Shown: positions 25,855-39,686 of the stretch, piece after piece
Layout of the letters: each line of letters opens with the position of its first letter
Numbering within the stretch: the first letter of the stretch is position 1
From: Paraspadella gotoi
Lineage: Eukaryota; Animalia; Chaetognatha
Length of the DNA stretch: 64,000 bases
Direction: 5' to 3'
Assembly: GCA_051294375.1 (NCBI GenBank)
Contig: CM119266.1
Span: 27,015,069-27,079,068 of the forward strand
Made by a program: the position numbers and the translations under genes
Notes under the pieces: model-generated
Seen by the model: the letters and a program-made list of their open reading frames with translations, nothing else
Database searches by the model: none
Told to the model about the DNA's origin: nothing

Positions 25855-26122
25855 TTTTTAGTTGCGCCGCGCTTACTCGCGGAGCAACTCTATAAGTCAC
25901 TTTTTGGTCGGTCGGTCGGTCCGTCGGTCTGTCACATTTACGATTTACCTATAGTTTTTGCTCATTTCTTAAGATAGGAAAAAACCTCAAATTTAAGGGA
26001 CTGCTAGCGCCGCCTTCAGAGCATGTCAAATACACGGGCAAAAAAAGTTTTTTAATCATGTCATATTATTTGATAAAGGAAATACTGCGTCACGCAACAC
26101 ATTGGAATTACCGTTCTTGTTT
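25855..26122 (+). mobile_element. DINE-1/Helentron-like non-autonomous element (HINE-type), copy A
   Basis: Starts TTTTTAGTTGCG...CAACTCTATAAGTCAC, has a (GGTC)n microsatellite near the 5' end, a subterminal inverted motif GTTGCG/CGCAAC, and ends GGAATTACCGTTCTTGTTTT in a T-run. Both ends are shared with 50062-50286. Confidence 0.6.
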
Positions 26123-27045
26123 TTTTAATTTGAGAAAATCTTGAAAGAAAGAAGGAAAAAAGGGTGGAGCCTTTCGATTCGCTCATGATGAAAACCGGAT
26201 GAAGGAATAAGAAAGTCATTGTTTGAAAAAGTTTAATTTCTTAAATTCGTTCCGTCTTCAGCGAAAGAGGAAGTTTGCTTCAATCAGTTGACAGATTTTT
26301 GTGGTCTTTTTTAACGAAATTTCGTGTCTTTAATTGGTAGATTTGTTTTCAAAGATGTCAGTTGTTTTTTCCCCTCGTCAACTACTGTTCAATGTGTTCA
26401 AATCATAGAAAAAAAATAGAAAGATTGCAAACTAAGCCGCAGTCTGCTCACGCGACGCTGATGCGCCTTCTTTCCACGCAATTGTTTATCCCCCTCGCCG
26501 AAACGCCGCTTCCCACCAACCAGTCTCTCTGGCCAGTAGCCACTGTCCTGTCCGCTCACATCCAAGGCCCCACCACCATCCTCCCCCCTCAAGGACCGTT
26601 AACGTCACCAAGTTTGCGACGAGAGGAGGAACAACTTTTTTTTCTTATTTTCATATTTGACTTTTAAGATTTTCTCTCCTCAGGACGAAGAGAATATTAG
26701 GAGCGTTAACCATCCACGCGCACATCTCAAATTCTTTCGAGACGAAAATGTATTAAATTATATTATGCCTCTATATTTCTCTCCCTTCTTTCGTTCGTTT
26801 GCTTACTCTCTATCTCTTTATAACCTAAAACTCTTTCAATCTTCTTTCCTACCATCTACTATACTTCCCTCGACTTTCTCTCTCTCTCCCCTTCTCTCTC
26901 TCTCTCTCTCCCTCTCTTTCTTTCTTTCTATCTCGCAAGGAAAATATCGGATTCTCTCTTCGTTGAAAAATACACACAAAAGCCCAAAATTATTATATTT
27001 TTTTTATCCGAACAAAACTGAATCGATAACGGAAAGGCTTTCTTT

Positions 27046-27100
<55 letters not shown>

Positions 27101-29539
27101 ACAGCCGAATTCATTCTAAAAACCTCCGCATTAATATAAAACACTGACCGCACGGACTCCCCGCATATAAATTTCTCTTTTTCCACGGCTCAAACCTCGT
27201 GAGATTTTTTTTGGTGCCCTGATCGTTTCCCCCTTTCCCCTTAAAGTCATTTTCAACCCCCCACACGACCCCCCCAACGGCCACGCCCCTCTTAAACCCC
27301 ACCCCCCACACACAACAAACCTTCAGTCTCGAACCGAAAAAAGGAAAAAAAAAAGGAAAGTCGTCGACGGCTCGGACGACTCGTCTTTCTCGCATTTTTA
27401 TTCAGATTTATTCATGACGAAAACGTTAAAGATTGCCACGTGTCAAAAACGCTGATAAAGAAAAAGAGAGATAGAGAGAGAGAGAGAAAAAGATAAGGGA
27501 TGGACCGTGAGAGGGAGAGAGATGGAAGAAGAAGCAGAAAGCTTAAAGGAGAGAGAGAGATATTGAAAAGAAAATATAAAAATAGAGAATTAAAAAAAGC
27601 AAGGGCGCCCGTCTCTCTCTCTCTCTCAGCGTTGATTTATGCCATAAACCATCAAAGTCTAGAGCAAACCTTTTTTTAAAAAAAAACCTAAAAAAAAACC
27701 AAAAACGGAGCTCACCTTTTTGATATATTTTGAGAGCCTCGATAAAATCCGGGAAAAATTACACGTTTTTTCTCAGAAAAGCTTTTATAAATTTATCCAT
27801 ATCTAGTATCAGGGATAAAGATAAAAATACAATATATTTTTATATTTAATTCCGTATTTATTTTAAGTTACTGTTAGCAAAATCAAGTATAGCCAGATAA
27901 ATTAAGGATTAACGCCCAGCTCTTTAAAGAACGCTCGGGCAACCTCTGTCCTTTGGCCAGTTTATTTCCAACTTTACGGTGCTTTAAAACGAATTACCTG
28001 TATTTTGCCGAAATCACGCGGAAATTTATTACGAAAATATTTTAAGTTTAAGCATCGAAGGATTTCACCGAATTCTTTACGTCTAATTAATTTCAGGTTT
28101 TTTCTTTCCGCGCCGCGTTATTTCTGCGGGAATTTTTTTCTATCTGAGCTCTCTCTCTCTTTCTCTCTCACAATCTCTCTCTCTCTCTCATCTTTACATA
28201 ACGGATGCGGCCTCTGGCGACAAAACAACGACCTGCGGCTACTCTCGCCCCTCTCAATCGCATGGCGCGTGTTATAAAGGGGAGAGCGGAGATGGAGTGT
28301 GTGGAGAAGCAATCTGTTTTGTGGGGTGGGGTAGGAGGTCGGCGGGGTGGAGGTGCCAGAAGACGAAATCGTAAATCAAAACAAAAAAATAACTGTCGCG
28401 GAGATAAACAAAGGCCTGAAAACAAGAAAAAAAAGAGATAGATCTAAACAGAAAGGAAAGAAAAAAGAAAATAGAAACTGATAAACAAAAAACAAGAAAA
28501 GTAGCGCAAATAAATCGTTCGACCTCCACTATACCAACCCCACCGTCGACACCCCTCCTTTCTCAGGATTCTAGGAGTTGGACGGGGGGCGGGGGAATAG
28601 AAAGAGTGTTCCGAAGTTTCGGAAAGAGAGGGGGGTGGGGGGGTCGTCGGTTTTGACCCCCGGGGTTCTGACCCTCTTCCAAAGGCGGGAAGAAAAAAAA
28701 ATTAAAAAAAAACTCTGGGAAGAATTTTTTTCCATCGCGAGTCTCATTCCTTTTATATTTACTATTTTTATTATTTTTTTTGTTAGTTTTTTTTTCATTT
28801 TTGTTATTTTTTCGGGGTGAGGAAAGAATCGCAAAGAAATGACCCGATTCAATGGAAAATCCCCTCAGAGGCGACGGGCAAACGACGGCTGCCAGCGTGG
28901 GCTGCTGCGGGGTGCTGAGTGAGGAACGCTGCTGGCGCGCCCGGAAAGAATCAATCTTGATTTAACTATTTTAAAACTAACTTTAATAACTTTATTACGT
29001 TTGAACTTTAAAACAATGTTATTATTAGTCAAAAACGTTTAATATTTTTCGAGAATTAAATCGAGATTTTAAATATTATTTAAATCATAACATTCCGAAA
29101 AAAAAATTAAGATCAAATAAAAATAATAAATTGAAAGTGGTGGGAGGGAGTGGGAGGGGCCGGGGAAGCAAAGAAGGCGAGGTACACGAGGGAGAAAAAT
29201 GAGGTTTTGGTGAAACAACAGAAATATAATTGACGGCCATGATGACGAAGATAACGAGGAGAAATAAGGGGATGATATACGTAAGATTGACGTCGCCCAC
29301 GGCGGAGAACATCGAAAAAATAAGAGGAAAAATTCCATTTCGTTTTTCAAAAAAAATAAAATGTTGTGCGCGCGATTCACTCGGTTTTTTGCTTCATTGA
29401 GAATTGGGGTCGCGGGAAAAACGGGCGACCCTGAGCCTTGCAAGGGGGGGGGAGAGTAAATGGAGTGAGGGGATGTCGAGCGTTAGGGTAGGGAAAGGAA
29501 AATGGTGCAGAAATATGTATTATGTATGTGAAAGTTAAA

Positions 29540-30085
29540 TACGAAAATTCTAAATGTCAATTATGAATAACATGCCATCAGAGGACATTAATTTGTAAAA
29601 AAAATTAATTTTATGTTCTTCAATTTTCGCAATAAGCTATATTTATATATAGTACATAAAATCGAAAAAATTCAAAATAGGCTTTTATTAATTTTGATTG
29701 CAGATTTGAATTCCTCGTCAAAAGTTGAAAATATGAAAATATGAATCATTTTTGAAAATTCTTTCATTAAGTGGGTTAAAAATTAAAAAAACTATATTTA
29801 ATATATAAAAAGTTAATTTTCAGTTTAAAATATAGCTTTTTCTAATTTTTGACCCACTTAATGAAGGAATTTTTCAAAAAGAGTTATATTTCTTTTTATC
29901 AGCTTTTTATGATGAATCCAAATCTGCAAAAAAATCTTAGAAAAAACTGTTTTAAAATTTTAACATTTATTGGTTTAGTACTAGTATAAATATGGCCTAC
30001 TGCGTAAATTGTAAAATTTATTATAAATTTTTTTATTACATAAATGTTCATTAGTATAATGTTCCTCACTTTTAGAATTTTAATT
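29540..30085. mobile_element. AT-rich foldback/MITE-like imperfect palindrome (~540 bp)
   Basis: Nested inverted arms centred near 29810: TTTTTGAAAATTCTTTCATTAAGTGGGTTAAAAATT pairs with AATTTTTGACCCACTTAATGAAGGAATTTTTCAAAAA, TGCAGATTTGAATTC with GAATCCAAATCTGCA, and CGCAATAAGCTATATTTATA with TATAAATATGGCCTACTGCG. No TSD identified. Confidence 0.65.
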
Positions 30086-30740
30086 AAAGTTAAATTTAGA
30101 ACTTTTACTACGCCTTAATATATATATATCCAGCGGAAGGGATGAAGGGAAATAGAAGTGCATTGACAGAAAAAATGAGGGAAAGAATGAAAAGAAAACA
30201 ATAGTCTTGACGCTTGATGCTATTGACGTAAGATCTCGGGAGATTCCAAACTGAAAAATATTCTTACTAGTATAGATACTGACGAAAAAATTTCGAATTT
30301 ACCCCGCGATCGACGAGTCCCATTGTTCTTTTGTTTCGGTTTGTCGTCGTGAAAATCTGAGAACGAAATCCCGCCTCACCAGATGTCGTCTGGTTAAATC
30401 TTCGCTCAACTCTCTCTCACGATACGAAATGAATAAAACGGAGCTGCTTATTCCCTTCTCCTCGGGTTCACGGGTCAGAAGAGCGCGAAACCAAAATAGC
30501 TCACAAGCGAAGCATCTCTCACGAAAAACACGAACGAAGCCGTCACGCCCTTTAACGCTTGCGACGCATGCGCGCAAACTCTTTGAACGATACTTCCATC
30601 AACGAAAAAAAGGATGCCATTGAATTTCATATTTTTCATGCTTCATGAATATTGCACAAAATGCATGATGCACATTATCCTTCACTGACAATGATGCTTC
30701 GCTCGCCCCAATTTATAAATCACGGAGACACAAGCGGAAA

Positions 30741-31019
30741 AGAGAATGACGCTAACCAGGAATGAATGGGGTCAAAAAAGAATGACGCCAACAAAGAATG
30801 AAGGAAAAAAAAATTAGGACTATAAAGAATGAAACCAACACAATAAAAATGATACCGATCACAAATGACAAAGAATAATGCTGACAAAGAATGAGGACAA
30901 CAAAGAATGAGGCCATCAAAGAATGAGGCCATCAAAGAATGAGGCCAACATAGAATGAGGCCAACAACTGCGATCAAGAATGACGCTATCCAATAATGAC
31001 GCACACCAAGAATGACGCC
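30741..31019. repeat. Degenerate minisatellite built on AAGAATGA(C/G)GCCA, units of ~16-20 bp
   Basis: About a dozen AAGAATGA-type cores, with a best-preserved run CAAAGAATGAGGCCAT at 30901-30950. Confidence 0.8.
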
Positions 31020-31809
31020 CTCGACGCCGGCGAAAAAAAAATCGATTTGGGCGAGGAGCGTCGACCCTTAAAAAATGATCTTGCCTCTTCTCTCTATCCG
31101 GTGATAAACAATCCCGATAATCCTCGTTTCCGTGGCAACGAAGAAAAGAGGGGGCCGTGCGATCGAGATAAACATGTATTTGGGCAATCTCGTTAAATTG
31201 TTCTGTTCTGTTCAAATCTTTTAATTATAAAACTAACATTTTTTTTCGTTTTCTCATTTCTCTCTACCTCTTACTCTTTATCACGACTCTTTCTCTTACT
31301 CTCTTCCATCTTATCTCTCTCTCTCTCTCTCTCTCTCACAGTCTAACTTGCTGCCTCGCTATTAGTTCCACAGAGCAAACTTGAAATAAACCGGCGTTCA
31401 AGCGTGGCGGAAGTGATGGCAGCGAAAGAAGGAATGAAGAAAGAGAAAAAAGGAAGTGATGGCAACGAGAGAACTGATGGCATTGAGTGAGAACCGAAAA
31501 AAGGTGATGGCAAAGATTGTGGCGAAAGTGATAAAAAAAAATAAAAAGAATGTACGTAGGAAGTAGACCCATTATTGAGACAATTTAACCAAGACAAAAC
31601 GGAGAAATACTAAAATCATACAAATAACGAATCGTGTACATTCCAAAATGAAAATTGAAATCATCAAGCTCCCCTCTTGAATATCGAGAAATGGCTACTT
31701 AAAACGGGAGACAATGCTTAGTAGAATTTTAAAAACCCCCTTTCACACTAATTGCCACCCTCCTCCACCTACCCAATTGGCCACACCGCCCAACACCCTT
31801 CAAACTAAC

Positions 31810-32041
31810 CTGATACAAGTTGGAACAGACGATGATCCTGTTGCCGAGCTCGTCGATGACCAGCGCCTTATTGACGGCGTTGGTCAGTTTGAGGCTGCAG
31901 TGCTTGGCCGAGTCTGGATTGAGCGCAACGCCGGGTCCGCAGTGCGCCGAGTCTCGTTGCGGTCCCGTGCGGACCTGGTGGAGCTGCTTCAAGTCTCTGT
32001 CCAGTTGATAGAGGCCGTTGACGGTCGCGAGGTAACGTTGC
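31810..32041 (-). CDS. PlexA: Plexin coding exon 2 (Sema domain)
   Basis: Acceptor TTGCAG| at 32042 and donor CAG|GTTAGT at 31809 (phase 0). It translates YLATVNGLYQLDRDLKQLHQVRTGPQRDSAHCGPGVALNPDSAKHCSLKLTNAVNKALVIDELGNRIIVCSNLYQ, matching plexin motifs VYVGAVNxLYQL, TGP-D---C and N-NK-LVID----LI-C---Q. The exon is 232 nt, one base short of frame with the canonical exon 1 donor. Confidence 0.92.
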
Positions 32042-34034
32042 CTGCAATTTCACGGGGGGGGGGGTCGAAAGAAAGAGGAGTTGGACGTTTAAATATTTAA
32101 AAAGAATTTTTAAATATTTAAAAAGCACTTTTGGTTTGTAAATCATCAAATTATTACCAAAACCTGTAATGAATTTTAGGGCGTCACGTTTTGAACTAAA
32201 TATGGTTTTGAAATTTTTACAACCGCCCAAAATATTTTGGACGAATTAGGAAGGAATAAATATAACAATTTATATATTTAACTAGCTGTTGTAAGTATAT
32301 ACGCGACAGAAAACAGGAATGCATTTTTTTCCTTTGTTTTTGTTTTTAAATGGCATGCTTTCGGTTTTTTATTATCGGCCTTTTGCCCGCCTTGCCCGCC
32401 ATGCCCGCATCCGGCGCATCCCTCTCCATTCTCTTACGACGAGACAATTATATATAATTATATATATGAAACTAATGACTTTAACGTTGTCTTCATTAAG
32501 GACAGACGTTCGCTATTAAGAGACGATCGCTTCGTCATAAAAAACAGAGAAAAAAAGGGAGGCGACGCCCGAAGTTATTCACAGTACGATATTGTTGTTG
32601 TCGTTGTGGTTCTAAAAATCGTGGGGGGGGGCTCAGTGGCGGGCACGAGCTTACGAATCAATTTTCTCTTACTCGAGAGGAGAATTCGGCGAGTGAAAGG
32701 GGAAGGGTAAGGGGGAGGGAATAGAAATGGGAAGGTAAGGAAAGAGAGGGCAAAAGGGGCGAAAATATTTTGAGAGAGAGAGAGAGAGAGAGAGATAGAT
32801 AGAGAGAGAGAGTGGGCGAAAAAGAAGGAAAAAGAACGTAGAGAAAATAGAAAGGAGAAAAAGGGGAGAAAAAGGGGAAAAAAAGTAAGGAGCAAGTCAG
32901 CAAGAAAGAAAACTTCAATTTTACGAGAAGAAAAGAATAAATTTCTTTTTCCTCCCCAAAAAAAATTTCGCGAGGCTTCGATGTCTCGGACGGAGAGAGA
33001 TTTGAGTGGGTTGAGGGGACATAATCATACTGAAATAGTGATTAAAAAAGTTCAATACAAAAAAAATTAAAATGATGTTCGCGTCGAGTCGGGAAGCTCG
33101 TCGGCCAGTTCGTCTGGCTGGGTGACCAGCACTTCATAGTGCTTTCCTTAAAATTCTGCCGGGCACTTCGGAATCGCTTCACGGGCTTTTTATAGTCATC
33201 GTCAGCCTGTATGTCCAAACACCTCGGTTCTGCACACCATGCAATCCGCTAACCCTTTTAGCATTCTCGCTCCCCTGGCTCCGCACTAGTTTCAATCTCT
33301 GAGGGCGGCACCGCCACCGTCGGATCCTGGCCCCGCAAGCCCTTCTTAAATAATCTATTAAATATTCCCCCTAAAAAAAAAATAACCCCGGCGACTATTT
33401 ATCCGCATTATTTATTTTTTTCCTTCCCTTCTCTTAGCGTTCCTCCGCTCGGGCAAAAGAAGGAAAAAGAAAGAAAATTGAAAAAGAAAAAGAAAAAAAA
33501 GCGTTCGTCATCTTCAGCGTTGGCGCATGCGCGCGAGGTCAAAAAAACGAGGTCGACGTGGCATCGACGCGCGCGTTCTCTCTCTTTCTTTGCGCGCGCA
33601 GGACGTGCGACGGTGTGACGGCGATAGAAGGGAGACGGAGGGGTGGGAGAGAGAGAGGGGGAGAGAGAGAGAGAGACGTGCGATGGTCGAAGTAGGTAAG
33701 TGATGATGGGGAAAGGACGCCGATAATTTTTTTTCTGAAATAAAACAATTTGACGCATAAAACGATAAAAAAGCATTGAGCGAGACTAATAACACTAAAA
33801 ATAATAAGATAATTCAGTAAAATTTAGAATTGGAAAAGTGATAAGAGACGGAAGAGAATATTATCAAGGGTGTGCTAGTTGTGTCAAGGGTGTGAGGGCA
33901 TCGGGGCGTTTCGGATTTTTTTCGCGCGCCATCGCCATTCATGGCCGGAAAATAAAAACCATTCACCCGCCTTTTTTTTTTCTTTCTCTGTCTCTCTCTC
34001 TCTTGCCAAGGCTGTGGGCGCCACTGGGTTGTGA

Positions 34035-34065
<31 letters not shown>

Positions 34066-37000
34066 ATTCTGCTTGAAACTCGAAACGCGTCGGAGAGAAT
34101 GCAATGGAGGCGAGAGAGAAGGAATGTGCGGGGAGGATGCATCCGGGGGGAGGTGCTTGTGGCGAGAGGCGGTGATGTGATGAATTAATAAATGCCTAAA
34201 GAACGATTAGCGATACTAGAATTGAATGCGTGGGCGGGGAAGAAAAAGATTTTAACAGAATCTAACTCGAGAAAATACAAAGCTCGAGCTGAAAGCATGA
34301 ACGCATGAATTTAGGCCGTGCACGCGTGCAGTATAGACCCATGCCGTGTACCAATTTCATGAAAAGGTAAATGAATAAAGAAACGAATGTTTGAATGCAT
34401 CGAAAAATGAATGAATGTCTCTAACAGAGTGTCTAATCCACTAACGTGTGTACGAATGCCCGCGAAATGGAAACCGCCAGCCGCAAATTATCCATTCTCG
34501 CCAACGACTTGTCTAATTATGGGATGGAACGAAAAATAAAAGGGAAGTAATGAAATTAGAGAAGTAAAAACCGGGAGAACTCGAAACCCAGGAATAAAAA
34601 AAAAAGGAATCCCGGGAAATGAAATTCTAAACGTCTTTAAATGAATGAAGCCGAATAATAAATGAGTGTATTAAATATGATTATCCCGCTGTTGAAAGAA
34701 ATTCGAATCCGAGTGAGAGAGGGAGGGAGAGGGAGGGAGAGAAAGAGAAAAAGGATGGAAAGATAGAGAACGAGATAGAGAGAATAAAAACAAATAAAAC
34801 CCTCATTTGCATGAGTGGGGGAAAAACCTTGATGGATGATGCGATCGAAAGAGAGGGAGAGAGAGAGAGAGAGAGAGGGTGTTTGTTTTTGTTCGTCGCT
34901 GAATCGACTTTAAATAAAGGGATTATGATATGGAGGGTGGGGGGGTGTGGTGCAATGACGAGAGGGGAATCTATGAAGGTAATCCAATTAGATAGTTTAG
35001 CTTATGACCCCCACCTCTCTCCCCTGATAGCATGGCAAACCCCAGGCCGTAAAAGAGTAGAAGATAGATAACATGGTTTTAATTACCTTTCCATATCGCG
35101 GGTAGTTTAATGTTTATAATTCAAACAATTCATATATCCACTATTGGACCACCTTGAAAAGCAACCTTGGGTTAATTCGGCCGTTGATAATTGGGTAAAA
35201 GTTGGTTAATCTAATCACGCTGGATTTACGGCTTTTGACCATCGCCCGGGACATCAACGGGTTTTCCGATTTAATCACGATTTATTTATACCCCATGAAC
35301 CACGAAACGACGGAAAAGCCGGGGCATCCCGTTCGTCAGATAACATTGAATCGGGTGATAATACCATTAAAAATAATTATGAATCGACAAAAGTTATCAC
35401 GGAAATCTGTTCGTCGAATTAGAATTAATTAAAAAAATCGAGAATCTCTTTCCCCTTCTCCATTTTTAAACCGACACAAAGAGAAAAAAAAACACGAAAA
35501 AAACACACACAAAAAAAAACACGATTATACGTCTGACAACGTTTAGCGGATTTTAATCGAATAAAACCTGACGAATTACCGACAGGGCGCTGTTGCTTTG
35601 ACCTCGGCTCGTTTGCGTTTGAACGAGTGAAAAAAAAACTTTTCATTTCTCTCTCTCACTATCTCTCTCTCTCAACAAATTTTCGGATCCAATAAAAATT
35701 CCTTACAATTTCGAAAAAAGGAGAAGAGAGAAAAGTCGCGTATCGGCTGTATGTGTTTTTTTTGTTTTGTTTTTTTTTAGAAATCGGAGTAGAGCATCGA
35801 CGCCCAAAATTCCTTTTTAATTTAAAAGTTAAAAAAATTGGGTGTACATAAAATAATTAGAAGAATCTGTTCAGCTTTCTATATTGCCGTTCCAATATTC
35901 CAAATTTCAGGATGAGCAAATGTGTTTAAATTCCTAAAATCCCAAAATTGATTTAGACTAAAACAGAAAGACGAACTCTCCACCCTCGACGTGGAGTCCA
36001 CGCCCACTTTCTCACTTTCACTTCTCGCCAATTCTGACCACCCAACAAGACTTTTGCGTCCATCCGCTCAGCAGAGGCCTTTCGACCATCCAACTTTTCC
36101 AACGCCTCGAACCTTCTGTTCGATTACTAGCTTTGAGCTTCGAAGCCTTTTTTAATCCATAATTATTTGAGGAAATAAATTCACCATGATAAAGAAATTA
36201 GTCTTGACTACAACGATATACGTAATACTACATTCGAGGAAAGAGTTATTTTCCAATTTCGGTCCCATATATTCTCTCACCCCAACCGAAAAACGCAGGC
36301 TGTTCTTTAACGGAGCCGCAGAGTTACGTCGCCATCTTTGTCGGGAAAATGTCGACCAAAAAAAGTCGGGGTAAATGAATGAGGCAGAAGAACCGAACGC
36401 CATCCTCTCCTCCCCCCCACTGCCCCCCCGCACTCGCTCCAGCCCCAGCCCACCCTATCCCCTTCCATTTGCGTTCGTTGGTGTTATATTTTTTTTCGCG
36501 CACAAAAGCGAGGAAGAAAGAATTCAGGGATGTAGAAAGGGAGTTGCTGAAAGAGGCCAGGGGGGGTGGCTGGAGAAGTGTTGGAGGCCAAACAAGGGTG
36601 GTAGGCGTCGTCCATTTTTCAAACGCGTTTTTCCGCGTTTCCGGTTTCGCGGCTTCTCGACTCCGCGCGGTCAGAAAACCATCGTTCCCTCCGACGAACT
36701 TTAACCCTTGCGGTCGACGAAACTTGTGGAAGGCCGCGGTGGAGATTTGTGGAGGGTGGGTAAAGAGAGTGGTCAATTGGAGGATGAGAAAATATGCGAA
36801 TAAATAAGACATAAAATAAAAAAATAATAAAAATTATAGTAATTTAAATTTGTGGGTAGGCGTGTTCGGACTATGAAGATGCCGCGTGGTCAAAGGAATG
36901 TGGTCTAAAGGAAAAGTTTCGAAAAAAAAAACGACAGCAAAAAAAAAATTGGCTGGCAGTGGAAATATAATTAAGGCCAGGATGCCGACGGAAATTAGGC

Positions 37001-38736
37001 AGGAAAAGTCTGGCCGCAGGTTGATGAAATTGGAGAGAGCAAAGTGTTGAAAAGTGAAGGGGGCTGTTGACTGTGAGCGAGAACGTTAAAGGGGCTTCGG
37101 ATGTTGGCCGTGGTGAAAATAATGATCACGGTGAAGCCGAGAGATGTGATCCAACTCGGGGATTTAAAGCAGACAGGTGAGCTGAATGGAATCGAGAGGA
37201 GTCGAGTGAGTGTGATACGATTCCTTTCGCCTCTTGACCCATTAAATCTATGGTCGCAAGAAAAAGCACAAAAAAGCACAAAAAAGCATAAAAGTGTTTT
37301 TTTTGGTGAATGAATGGAATCCTGGACATTGCTAAACTGGAAACATTGTGCAATTGTAAATTGTTAATATAATCGTGTATAGTACAAAATACTGGATCAC
37401 TTGTCAAATAAAAAAACATTCATTCACATCTTCGAGACCGACCAAAATCCTCAAACCCTGCCCCTTCCCCTCCAAAAGAAAAAACCCTCGCCAATTTCAA
37501 CGGGCACAACCCTTTTCCGCCCTTTGGAGAAGTTCGCCGATGAGTAGAAAGGCCCGGGGTGGAACCCTCCAAGAGCTCCTCTCGCCCGCAGCTCGCTCAT
37601 CGTTCCGCCGGCTCAACTGGCCCCCCGCGGCACCCTTTAAAAGAACTGGGTCAACTCATCCCTTTTTCTCATTCAACCCCCGCAAAAGGGAACCTGAAAA
37701 AAAAAGAAGCCGAAATACTGATCTGATGCTTTTTTTTTTCATTTGGAAAATGAGATTAAGAAAATCGCGTTATTTAATGACGTACGTTACTATTTTTAGT
37801 ATCTCTTCAGTTGTGTAGTTTGAAAAAAAATATATCAAAAGGAAAACTGGCAGCTTGGTGATCATTTATTGAGACTTAAGAGAAAAGCGACACTAACTGC
37901 CACTCAGAGACAGATACGAAAACCGAGTTTTACAGATGCAGACATTTACATTGAAAAACCACGCATTTCCTCCTTCAGTTCCCCTCCCCCACATTCAGCC
38001 GCCCTCCCGAAAATCCGGCCTTCGATATTCGTCGTGAGAGGCCGCGAAACCAAATCGACGAGAAACCTTAAAAAACGGCGTGAAAAATTCGAGGAAGGCG
38101 TCTCGAGATCAGTGTCCGTGAAAATCGCGTTCGTCAACCGAGAAAATCGCTGAATCACACCGAACGCGCGAGATGCGATGCCACGCTAACTTGCGGTCTT
38201 ATTGGATGCGAGGAGGCGTCTTTGTAAAAGGGGTTTTTAAATCGGTTATTATTTAAACTTTTTTGGGGGGAAAGGGGGATTATTAAATAATTTTATCTTA
38301 TTTTTATTTTAAAAAAGAATATTAAAATGAAAAGAAGACACGGACGAATCCTTAAAAGTTTTTAAGCTTTCCTCAAAAAAGTTTGGCCATCTTTTAAAAT
38401 CAGACAAGATAAATTAAAAGTGATAATTTTTAACTAAAGCTTCTGGGTCATCGTTTTTTCGCTGCGTCAGCGTTTCTAAGCAACGACAGTTGTTAAGAGT
38501 TTTATGTCCACTTAACCCAAAACGATTTTTTGTTCTCCCTCAGTTAATTTTACTTTTTCTAAGCAACCCCTTTCAATTCCTGGTCAGCCTAACTCGAAAT
38601 TCACGCACCCCTGTGATTCCACTATCCGACACCCTCTTTAAAGCCTCCCTTCATTCTTTTCATTCCAATCGAGGAGGTGAAGTCTAAAAAAAAAAAACGA
38701 GCGGTGAATTTTAGGTTTTGTCCGTCGATCAGAGAA

Positions 38737-38767
<31 letters not shown>

Positions 38768-38770
38768 AAA

Positions 38771-38801
<31 letters not shown>

Positions 38802-38820
38802 AAGAGAGAAAGAGAGAAAA

Positions 38821-38852
<32 letters not shown>

Positions 38853-39644
38853 AGAGAGAGAAAGAGTGGGCGACGACAGATCCGACGCGGAATTTTATTC
38901 ATGAATTATGGAAAAATGTTTTTTTTTATAAAATAAAAAAAGTTTTTTAGAATTTGGAAAGCGCATATTTTTTTCAGAGCCAAAACGATCGCTCGGTTGT
39001 TCTCAATTGTACCGTAAGATTTCGGTAAAGAGTACCATAAACAAAGAATTACAATCGCCATATGTATTCTCAACTACCTGAATTTTTAAAATTTTTAAAA
39101 TCACAAAATCATCACATCTGAATAAAAGTCTCCAAATTCACGCGCCTTCTTCCTCTTTCGACGCCGACCGACCGAGAAAAGGTGACCGTAAATCAGGAGC
39201 GGATCTCTTTGGACCGAAGTGAATCGAGCGTGAGAGACCCGAGTGAAACTCGCGCTGCCGTGAAATCCTCTCCTCTCACAAGTCGTTAGGTGAAAGGAGC
39301 GGTGATGACGCCGGCGACCGCGGTTTCTTTTCCCACTCCATCGCGCCGGTTCTTCTTCGTTGTGAAAATAGAGATTCCTAGTCCTTATCTAAGGTGATTG
39401 CTTTTCGGATCTTAGTCAGTTTTAATCAAAACTGGATATTACAGACGCCAATTGTCAAATCTCACGCATTCAGGCATCGCTTCCATTTTGACCAAAGATT
39501 TATTTCGTATTTAATGCGGGTTTTAACTTTAAGGATTACATACGGGTATTCCATTTTCGAGTAGGTTACCTCATCGTTTTATCCGGAGATTCTGGCAATT
39601 GAACGGAAAAGCGAGAAACCTCACCAAGGTGAAGATGGTCTTGA

Positions 39645-39686
<42 letters not shown>

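Noticed and set aside
39566-39640. Possible small plexin exon in intron 1 (GAG|GTAACC donor)
   Set aside because: The Sema motif runs continuously from exon 1 (DHKTG) into exon 2 (YLATVN), leaving no room, and the translation has no plexin similarity.
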